Source: Candidatus Saccharimonadota bacterium
GTDB taxonomy: Bacteria; Bacteroidota; Bacteroidia; Cytophagales; Amoebophilaceae
Direction of reading: 5' to 3'
NCBI RefSeq assembly: GCF_965196625.1
Contig: NZ_OZ239769.1
Coordinates: forward strand, 270,001-302,000
Length of the DNA: 32,000 nt
The translations under genes were made by a program, and so were the position numbers. The stretch's first letter is position 1; each line of letters starts with the position of its first letter. The notes under the pieces were generated by a model. The model saw only the letters and a list, made by a program, of their open reading frames with translations, was not told the DNA's origin and did no database searches. Of the stretch, positions 19,716 to 27,159 are shown piece by piece.

Positions 19716-20921
19716 ATGAATAGGCTAATAGAACCAAAAGTACGTGGATACATATGCACTACAGCGCATCCAGCAGGCTGCGCCAAAAATGTGCACGAAC
19801 AAATCAAATTTGTAACCAGCCAGCCTCCGATTGCATCTGGGCCTAAAAAAGTGCTGATTATAGGTGCATCTACGGGTTATGGCCTAGCTAGTAGAATAGT
19901 GGCCGCTTTTGGCGCTAAAGCACAGACCATTGGCATCTTTTTTGAGCGCGCAGCTGACGATAAACGAACAGCCTCTGCGGGTTGGTACCATACAGCTGCC
20001 TTTGAGCAAGCCGCACATCAAGCGGGGCTTTATGCGAAAAGTATAAATGGCGATGCCTTTTCGGACGCTATAAAACAAAAAGCCACTGCGTTAATAAAAC
20101 AGGATTGGGGCGGGTCAGTAGATTTGGTTATCTATAGTCTAGCTTCCCCACGTCGCATCCATCCCCAAACTGGAATCTCTTTTCAATCCACTTTGCAACC
20201 TATTGGGGCGCCCTATCGCAACAAAACGATTGATATAATGAGTGGTCAGCTCTCGGATGTTTGCATTGAGCCTGCAACAGCTAAAGAGATAGCAGATACC
20301 GTTGCGGTTATGGGCGGTGAAGACTGGATGATGTGGATAGAGGCTTTATTAAAGGAAAAGCTACTGGCTCAAGCTGCACAAACCGTAGCTTATTCTTATA
20401 TTGGACCTACGCTAACCGATCCAATCTATTCACAAGGAACCATTGGCGCAGCCAAAAAAGATTTAGTAGCCGCGAGCAAAATACTCACGCAGCGGCTGCA
20501 TGCCATTAATGGGAAAGCTTTGATTTCTGTAAATAAAGCTTTGGTTACCCAGGCAAGCGCAGCCATACCAGTAGTACCGCTTTACATTTCATTGCTGTAC
20601 AAGATCATGAAAGAAAAAAAGTTACACGAAGGATGCATAGAACAAATATACAGACTCTATTCAGATCGTTTGTATAGACCAAATGGTACCGTGTTGGTAG
20701 ATGCGCAAGGCCTCATTCGTATAGATGATTGGGAGATGCGGGAAGATGTGCAACAAGCCGTTGCAGCGCTTTGGCCAAAGGTGCATGATGAAAATGTAGC
20801 TACCATCACTGACTTTGCAGGATACCGTCATGCATTCTACAAATTATTTGGTTTCGAAGTAGAAGGAATTGATTACAACCAACCGCAGATCGCAGCGGTT
20901 CCGATCCCGTCTTTACTCTAA
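19716..20921 (+). CDS. fabV: Trans-2-enoyl-CoA/ACP reductase (NADH), FabV type
   Basis: 401 aa. The N-terminus IEPKVRGYICTTAHPAGC, the GASTGYGLASRI nucleotide-binding loop and the overall length are diagnostic of FabV. The ATG lies 1 nt after the bactofilin stop. Confidence 0.93.
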   Translation: MNRLIEPKVRGYICTTAHPAGCAKNVHEQIKFVTSQPPIASGPKKVLIIGASTGYGLASRIVAAFGAKAQTIGIFFERAADDKRTASAGWYHTAAFEQAAHQAGLYAKSINGDAFSDAIKQKATALIKQDWGGSVDLVIYSLASPRRIHPQTGISFQSTLQPIGAPYRNKTIDIMSGQLSDVCIEPATAKEIADTVAVMGGEDWMMWIEALLKEKLLAQAAQTVAYSYIGPTLTDPIYSQGTIGAAKKDLVAASKILTQRLHAINGKALISVNKALVTQASAAIPVVPLYISLLYKIMKEKKLHEGCIEQIYRLYSDRLYRPNGTVLVDAQGLIRIDDWEMREDVQQAVAALWPKVHDENVATITDFAGYRHAFYKLFGFEVEGIDYNQPQIAAVPIPSLL

Positions 20922-22442
20922 GTCTATGCTTTTTTTATATTTTTTAAATGCCTGTATCAGCTGCTGCATTCTTTTCTGTTGACGGCTGTGCCCAATCCAC
21001 CCTTTACCAGCGGGTTGTGGCAGCAGATAATGGGCCACCATCATAGCCAAAAAATTGGCTATCAATGGAAAAAAAGCAAAGCATATGCCTATTTTAGGCT
21101 TAAGATACTGTTCCAAAGAAAAATCAACCAGTACAGCTATACCCATTCCAATCAAAGCTGTATGCGTGCTACCGCGAAAACCAAAAACAGCTAAGATGAA
21201 AAGAGGGATTACGGATCCTACAAAAAAAGAGAAAAAGAAGGTAAAGACAAAACTAGTTAATTCGAATAAATCAGGATAATAAACCGTTACGATCATAGCC
21301 AATAGGCCAACCACTAGTGTAGTTATTTTAGCCACCCGAAGCTGGCACAAATAGGAAGCTACTTTTATACCGCGAATGCTTTCGACCATATCATGGCTAA
21401 CCATAATAGCAGCAGCATGTAAACTGGAATCAGCTGTGGACATGGTCATCCCCAATAAACAAATCAGCACACATCCTTTGTAAACAGGTGATATATCAGC
21501 CAAGATATATGGCCAAATCTCTGTTGCGGATAGCGTTGGATTCCCTATAAAAACAAGCAGCGCAATTAATACAATTGCGCCAAATATGATAAAACTAAAA
21601 AGCGTTACACGCAAGAAAGCCTTGTAGACTTGAATCGGACCAGAAGCCATATAGGCCCTCTGTAGCACCGAGGGGGTTAGCATAAATACAATAGATAGAT
21701 CATCAAAAACAAGTTTCATTAGTTTTTTATCAAAATGGAATAGCTTACTGAGTTGAAATTTTTCTTGCTTTTGTAAAAGCGATACAACGCCTAAAAAGGA
21801 TTGATCTGTTTTTAGAAATACAAGCTTAATAATAAGGGGAATAATAATAGTAAAGGTCGCAAATTGTAATATATCCGTAATGGTAATCGCACGAACACCC
21901 CCAAAAATAGAATAGGTAATCAGGATTAAAGTGGCCAGTATAGTAACCATACGAGGGTCAATTGAGTCTATACACATGGTAATAGCAGAGGACATTACAT
22001 TGATCTGAATAGATACAATACCAAGAGAAAAACAGATACCTAATAGCGCAGCAATAATTCTTGGATACTTACCATATACACTACCTATCGTCTCTGCAAC
22101 AGAAAGGTGCTCCATAAATGGCCCCATACGCAATCCTAGTAGACTCATGATCCAAAAAGACACTGGCCTGGCACATAAAAATACTATGCGATGGATGCCC
22201 AATTCATGGACATTCGGCAATTCACGCATCAAAGCTCCTCCTCCAAAAACCGTAGCCAATATTGTAACCACCAAGGTAGTTGTATGAAACCGCTTGTTCC
22301 CCACAGCATACGTTCGAAACGTAGTAGGCTTTTGGCTCACATAAAGGCCTACCACTAGGGTCAACAACAAAAAAGCCAATACCATTAAAAAGGTGGTGGT
22401 GTATAATCGCATAGATTTATCTAGATCAAAATTTGATACCAT
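20913..22442 (-). CDS. Sodium:solute symporter family (SSF) transporter, paralogue 1
   Basis: About 500 aa and polytopic. Carries the SSF signature region TYSIFGGVRAITITDILQF. By comparison with paralogue 2, the conserved start is probably the internal ATG at 22412 (MRLY...). The first 10 codons align to non-coding sequence upstream of paralogue 2. Confidence 0.85.
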   Translation of the reverse strand: MVSNFDLDKSMRLYTTTFLMVLAFLLLTLVVGLYVSQKPTTFRTYAVGNKRFHTTTLVVTILATVFGGGALMRELPNVHELGIHRIVFLCARPVSFWIMSLLGLRMGPFMEHLSVAETIGSVYGKYPRIIAALLGICFSLGIVSIQINVMSSAITMCIDSIDPRMVTILATLILITYSIFGGVRAITITDILQFATFTIIIPLIIKLVFLKTDQSFLGVVSLLQKQEKFQLSKLFHFDKKLMKLVFDDLSIVFMLTPSVLQRAYMASGPIQVYKAFLRVTLFSFIIFGAIVLIALLVFIGNPTLSATEIWPYILADISPVYKGCVLICLLGMTMSTADSSLHAAAIMVSHDMVESIRGIKVASYLCQLRVAKITTLVVGLLAMIVTVYYPDLFELTSFVFTFFFSFFVGSVIPLFILAVFGFRGSTHTALIGMGIAVLVDFSLEQYLKPKIGICFAFFPLIANFLAMMVAHYLLPQPAGKGWIGHSRQQKRMQQLIQAFKKYKKSIDLE

Positions 22443-22464
22443 TTACTTGCACATGGCAATGTAA

Positions 22465-22472
22465 CAAAAATA
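22465..22472 (-). promoter_or_regulatory. Candidate Bacteroidota-type -7 promoter box (TATTTTTG, fits TAnnTTTG) for SSF paralogue 1
   Basis: The minus strand reads CAATCAATTATTTTTGTTAC. The block AAAAATAATTGATTG (22466-22480) is conserved upstream of paralogue 2 (27082-27096), where the box reads TATTTTTA. The -7 consensus is established for Bacteroidota sigma-A, but its function here is untested. Confidence 0.3.
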
Positions 22473-22652
22473 ATTGATTGATGTCTATGGAAATAAATAA
22501 TTAAAATGCAAATAAAATTTGCATCATTAAGCTTTATGCATGCAATACATTAGGCCATAATATATTGCATGTATAAAATATATTCATTAATATCTTATTC
22601 ATTAAAGCAATGCAATGGATGATTTTATTTTTTAATATTTTAAATCAGTTTT

Positions 22653-23351
22653 ATGATGGGTATATTACATATAATACTATTACTAGCCCTAAATAGCTGT
22701 GTTAATGCACACAAAATGGGCAATCATGCTAGAGATCTGGTACAATATATTGGGCAATATGCTCAAACGCCTGGTGTGCACCAAGTCTTTACCACATTAA
22801 AGGGGCATTTGGTTTCTTTTTCAGAATCAGATGGGCATAGGGTAGCTATGGTGCATGAAAAACTACCCTTAGGTTTTAGTCATGAGGTGCAATTACCTGT
22901 CTATTTTGAACCAAGGTTTTCGCTCGCAACACTAGCCGCTTGTAGTACGGAGCAGCAAAGCAGGCTAATCGATATTATGCCGACGTCTAATGGCCGAATC
23001 ATTTATGTGGGCAGGATGGGATTGCTAGGAGGAGGGCAGACTTATAGTACCGAAAAAAAGGAAAAATATAAATACTGCGAGAAAGGTTTACCAGGACTTA
23101 GGCGGGGAAGTTATGAATGTTTTCAATGTGGGCATGTGTACAAAGCTGCTATTACACTTGTTAGAGAGCATTTCAACACTCATTTTTGCAACAACGAAGG
23201 TTGTGATAACTGCTTAGTAAAACATAAGTCTATATGTCTTGATTGTACGCAAAAAAACCATTGTAATGAATGTTGTAAGCATGAAGATGGCTATTACGAT
23301 AAAGTAACGCGTAAGATGAGTTATGCACTTAGTTTTTATAGGAAAACTTAA
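22653..23351 (+). CDS. Hypothetical lipoprotein with a C2H2 zinc-finger-like motif and a Cys/His-rich C-terminus
   Basis: 232 aa. Signal peptide plus lipobox MMGILHIILLLALNSC. Residues 154-177 read YECFQCGHVYKAAITLVREHFNTH, then FCNNEGCDNCLVKHKSICLDCTQKNHCNECCKH. I recognise no family for the first roughly 130 residues. Confidence 0.6.
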   Translation: MMGILHIILLLALNSCVNAHKMGNHARDLVQYIGQYAQTPGVHQVFTTLKGHLVSFSESDGHRVAMVHEKLPLGFSHEVQLPVYFEPRFSLATLAACSTEQQSRLIDIMPTSNGRIIYVGRMGLLGGGQTYSTEKKEKYKYCEKGLPGLRRGSYECFQCGHVYKAAITLVREHFNTHFCNNEGCDNCLVKHKSICLDCTQKNHCNECCKHEDGYYDKVTRKMSYALSFYRKT

Positions 23352-23902
23352 GAGGATAGCTTGCGATTCGGGTGGGCTGCTACAAATTGCGCCCAGCTTT
23401 TGGCCTTAGCTGTAGCAGATAAACGTTGTTGGCTATGGCATAAAGCCACTGCTAGCGCATCTGAGGCATCTAGAAAGTTCGACAGAGCGGATATGCCCAG
23501 TAGGTGGCCCACCATAGTAGCAACTTGTTCCTTTGAGGCATTTCCATTTCCTGTAACTGCTTGTTTGATCCTACGTGGTGCATATTCTGTAACAGGTATC
23601 TCGCAAGCTAAAGCTGCTGCAATCGCTACCCCTTGTGCCCTGCCTAGCTTAAGCATAGATTGCACATTGGTCCCATAGAAAATCGATTCGATCGCTACTT
23701 CATCAGGTGCATGCTTTTGAAGCAATTCGATCATATGTAAATAGATATGTCGCATCCGCAACATATGTCCTTTATATTTTTTTAATTGAAAAACACCATG
23801 TTCTATTAATTTTATAGCATTGCCTGTTGCTGCTTCTTGAATAATACCAAAGCCCATAATTACACTTCCAGGATCTAGCCCTAGAATAATTCTTCCACGC
23901 AT
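23348..23902 (-). CDS. ruvC: Crossover junction endodeoxyribonuclease RuvC
   Basis: 184 aa. The N-terminus RIILGLDPGSVIMGFGII carries the catalytic Asp, with an RNase-H-like fold pattern and ...DASDALAVALCH near the C-terminus. Confidence 0.93.
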   Translation of the reverse strand: MRGRIILGLDPGSVIMGFGIIQEAATGNAIKLIEHGVFQLKKYKGHMLRMRHIYLHMIELLQKHAPDEVAIESIFYGTNVQSMLKLGRAQGVAIAAALACEIPVTEYAPRRIKQAVTGNGNASKEQVATMVGHLLGISALSNFLDASDALAVALCHSQQRLSATAKAKSWAQFVAAHPNRKLSS

Positions 23903-23963
23903 AGGTTGGTTTGGTTTAGATAGATAGGCCCGTACTGACTTACCAAATATAATATGTATTGAG

Positions 23964-24104
23964 CCAATGGCATCAACTTTAAGCGATTCCTATGCCCATC
24001 GCTTTCGGCCGCCGATAAAAAATTTGGCACTTTCAGTGCATTATTTTACTGTGTGCCAAATTTTTTATCGGCGGCCGAAAGCTGATTTAACTTGATGCAA
24101 TGGG
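23964..24104. repeat. Palindromic (MITE-like) element: perfect 30-bp inverted arms, 22-nt spacer, imperfect outer inverted repeats
   Basis: Arm 24001-24030, GCTTTCGGCCGCCGATAAAAAATTTGGCAC, is the exact reverse complement of 24053-24082. The outer pair, 23964-23982 CCAATGGCATCAACTTTAA versus 24086-24104, matches at 15 of 19 positions in inverted orientation. Confidence 0.85.
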
Positions 24105-24162
24105 AAAAACTGCCTATTAAAATGTTCTTAAAAACCAGTTACTGTATTATCATTGAGATCTT

Positions 24163-24984
24163 TTAGTCTTGCTGGTTACTGTACTGCTTTAATAAGTTTT
24201 TAAGCTTATGATATTTAGCTGGCACATAGTCAGTAGCAGTAAAATAACCGCCATTCATTTGATTCACATTTATTTTACCTGTGTCTAGCAAAATCTTAAC
24301 ACGATCGAATAGGTCTTTCTCATTTAAGTCATCATAATTTGATATCAGCATCATAAGCAATGTTTTACCTGCAGAATCTACCATATTTAAATCTAACGCT
24401 TCCTTATCGCACCAGCGTTTCAGCATATTTGCATTAAACCCCTTCTGTGACATTCTATGCGCTACTTTTTTTATGTAGGCTCCTTTAACATATTTATTGG
24501 GTTTAATATTATTTTTTTTGTCGTAATAATGTGGATCGCGTAGGAATTCGAGACTTTGTTGATCGGATAACGCACTATTTAAATTGTTCACCCAACCTTT
24601 ACGTATTCCAGTACTATTATTTAGACTCATCGGTCCAATTTCGCTATTAAGCAGACCAATCGTACTATTAGCATCAGCACTAAAAGGATCAGCACCAAGA
24701 CTAGCAATAGTACCAGCACCAACAATAAAAAGACCACCAAACACGGTCCATCCTACGACTTTTTGTTTTCTGGTCCAACCCTTTTTTTCTTGGCTGATAT
24801 CTTGAGCAATAATTTCGTCTTTAGTATTTTTTTCTGTATCAGACAAAGGCACCACGCTTAACAGTTTGACAGAATCACCCTTTCCGCCTAACACGTGTCT
24901 TGTGTTTACACAGGAAGATAAAGTATTAAAGCTTAATAGTCCGATCAATAGGCTTGCGCTATATTGTTTATATTTCATTTTCAT
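24163..24984 (-). CDS. Hypothetical lipoprotein/membrane protein with C-terminal ankyrin-like repeat(s)
   Basis: The ORF is open to 25047, but MKMKYKQYSASLLIGLLSFNTLSSC, starting at 24984, is a textbook signal peptide plus lipobox. There is an internal TM segment VVGWTVFGGLFIVGAGTIASLG. The C-terminus DLNMVDSAGKTLLMMLISN...RVKILLDTGKINVNQ fits the ankyrin consensus (D..G.T.L..A......V..LL..GA.VN). Confidence 0.6.
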   Translation of the reverse strand: MKMKYKQYSASLLIGLLSFNTLSSCVNTRHVLGGKGDSVKLLSVVPLSDTEKNTKDEIIAQDISQEKKGWTRKQKVVGWTVFGGLFIVGAGTIASLGADPFSADANSTIGLLNSEIGPMSLNNSTGIRKGWVNNLNSALSDQQSLEFLRDPHYYDKKNNIKPNKYVKGAYIKKVAHRMSQKGFNANMLKRWCDKEALDLNMVDSAGKTLLMMLISNYDDLNEKDLFDRVKILLDTGKINVNQMNGGYFTATDYVPAKYHKLKNLLKQYSNQQD

Positions 24985-25387
24985 AGTATCTGTATTAAGT
25001 GATATGATATAACCTCCACCAAGCAGCATCGTTTTAATGCATTTCATAATCTAGCGTCTGCTTGGTTTTCATAAAGACAAAAAAACAACCTTCATAAGAC
25101 CTAATAGGTCTGAGAGATATGCTTGTACTTCCTTATAATCCTACAAAACAATACATAAAATTCCTAACAAAATGAATTATAAATCAGGTAAAAAAATAAA
25201 TTCTAAAGCAACTTCTTTTAAGTATTATTGCTTAATGAGCATAATAATGACAGAAGACTATTTTATAGGGCATAAAGATCCCATAACCCATTATTCCATT
25301 CAAAGCTTTTGAGAAGGGCCAGATGCTGCCGATCATGCATTATATAGTTGAAAAAAAGTCAACAATCACCTAAATTAGTGAAAAACT

Positions 25388-25459
25388 GGTTTCGTAGTTC
25401 AACGGATAGAATAGAAGTTTCCTAAACTTTTGATGCAGGTTCGATTCCTGCCGAGACCA
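25388..25459 (+). tRNA. tRNA-Arg (anticodon CCU)
   Basis: Folded by hand. Acceptor GGTTTCG/CGAGACC, D arm GTTC...GAAT, anticodon stem GAAGT/ACTTT with loop TTCCTAA, 4-nt variable loop, T arm GCAGG-TTCGATT-CCTGC, discriminator A. Confidence 0.88.
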
Positions 25460-25526
25460 CTTTATCCAATTGTATTGTTTTCGGCTGATTTTCGATTGAT
25501 TAAACATCAAGAGGAATGTCCATTCC

Positions 25527-27026
25527 TTACTCTAAGTCTATACTTTTTTTATATTTTTTAAAGGCCCGTATCAGTCGTTGCATTCTTTTTTGTTGATGGT
25601 TGCACCCAATCCATCCCTTATCAGCCGATTGTGGCAGTAGATAGTGCGCAGCGATCATAGAAATTCCATTGGCTACCAATGAAAAAAACCTAAAAGATAT
25701 GCCTATATCGGGTTCAATCCACCGTTCCGAATAAAAATAGACCAATATACCTACCGTTATGCCAATCAAAACGGTACGCGTGCTACCTCGAAAACCAAAA
25801 ACAGCTAAGATAAAAGGCGGGGTTACTGCAATTACAAAAAAGGGTATAAGAAAGGTAAGCGCGAAATTACTTAATGCAAATAGATCAGGATAGTAAATCG
25901 TTATGATCATAGCTAATAGGCCAAGCGCTAGGGTAGCGCATTTAGCCAGTTGAAGCTGGTGCGCATAGGAAACGCCTTTTACACCTCGAATGGTTTCCAC
26001 TATATCATGGCTGACGATAATAGAAGCTGTGTGTAAACTAGAATCAGCTGCGGACATGGCCATCCCTACTAAACCAACGACCACGCATCCTTTATAAGCA
26101 GGCAACATATCAGCTAGGATGTATGGCCAAATGGCTGTTGCCGGTAGTGCTGGCGCTCCTACAAAAACAAATAGGCTAATGAATGTAACACACACCAATA
26201 TCATAATATTAAAGTTTGTTAGACGCAAGAAAACCTTGTGGGCTTGAATCGGACCAGAAGCCATATAGGCTTTCTGTATGATTGGAGGAGATAGAAAAAA
26301 TGCATACCACAGGCCATCCAAAAAAGCCTTCAATAGTTTTTGATCAAATTGGAAAAGATTACGCAATTGAAATTTTTCTTGCTTTTGTATAAGCAATGCA
26401 ACTTCTAAAAACGATTTGTCTATTTGTACAAATACAAATTTAACAATAAGGGGAAGAATAATCGTAATGGTTATAAATTGTAATACATCAGTAACCGTAA
26501 CAGCACGCACACCCCCAAACATAGAATAGGCAATAAGGATTAAAGTGGCTGGAATGGTCACGATACGCGGGTCAATCGAATCTATACACATGCCAATGGC
26601 CAAGGACATTACATTGATTTGAATAGCCACTACGCCAATAGAGAAACAGATGCCTAATACAGCGGCAATAACCCTTGGGCACTTACCATATACGCTGCCT
26701 ATGGTCTCTGCAATAGAAAGGTGCGCCATAAATGGCCCCATACGAAGCCCCAGTAGACTGATTACATAGCCATTTGTTACACATATAAGTAAATAGGCTA
26801 TGTGATGCATACCGAGCTCATAGATACACGGTAACTCACGCATCAGCACTCCGCCTCCAAAAGCTGTAGCCAATGTTGTAATCACTAAGGTAGTCGTTTG
26901 AAACCGCTTATTACCCACTGCATATTCACGAAATGTAATGGCCTTTCGGGTACCGTAAAGGCCTACCACTAGGGTGAGTCCCAAAAAGGACAATACCATT
27001 AGAAGGGGAATGTTATACAGCGTCAT
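25527..27026 (-). CDS. Sodium:solute symporter family (SSF) transporter, paralogue 2
   Basis: 499 aa, collinear with paralogue 1 over its full length. 65 of the first 100 aligned residues are identical by my hand alignment, and the C-terminus FKKYKKSIDLE is identical. Same SSF signature AYSMFGGVRAVTVTDVLQF. Confidence 0.88.
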   Translation of the reverse strand: MTLYNIPLLMVLSFLGLTLVVGLYGTRKAITFREYAVGNKRFQTTTLVITTLATAFGGGVLMRELPCIYELGMHHIAYLLICVTNGYVISLLGLRMGPFMAHLSIAETIGSVYGKCPRVIAAVLGICFSIGVVAIQINVMSLAIGMCIDSIDPRIVTIPATLILIAYSMFGGVRAVTVTDVLQFITITIILPLIVKFVFVQIDKSFLEVALLIQKQEKFQLRNLFQFDQKLLKAFLDGLWYAFFLSPPIIQKAYMASGPIQAHKVFLRLTNFNIMILVCVTFISLFVFVGAPALPATAIWPYILADMLPAYKGCVVVGLVGMAMSAADSSLHTASIIVSHDIVETIRGVKGVSYAHQLQLAKCATLALGLLAMIITIYYPDLFALSNFALTFLIPFFVIAVTPPFILAVFGFRGSTRTVLIGITVGILVYFYSERWIEPDIGISFRFFSLVANGISMIAAHYLLPQSADKGWIGCNHQQKRMQRLIRAFKKYKKSIDLE

Positions 27027-27159
27027 AGACCAATCAAAGTTTGATAACGTTTGTTAGCAACTGTTACTGCATCAATGTAGTAAAAATAATTGATTGGTAT
27101 CCATTAAACCATATGGAACAGCTACTCCAAAACGATGACAAGCAAAAGGGCACTATTTT

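Noticed and set aside
19521-21279. ORFs 19521-19706, 19884-20078, 20979-21194, 21055-21279
   Set aside because: They sit in alternative frames or on the opposite strand inside the bactofilin, fabV and SSF genes. The Lys-rich and low-complexity compositions indicate shadow ORFs.
22506-22513. ATGCAAAT, identical to the eukaryotic octamer motif
   Set aside because: It is an 8-mer in AT-rich DNA, so the identity to a eukaryotic transcription-factor site is almost certainly coincidental. Only its palindromic partner is worth noting.
23361-24805. ORFs 23361-23678 and 24584-24805
   Set aside because: They are antisense to ruvC and to the ankyrin-like gene respectively, and have no motifs.
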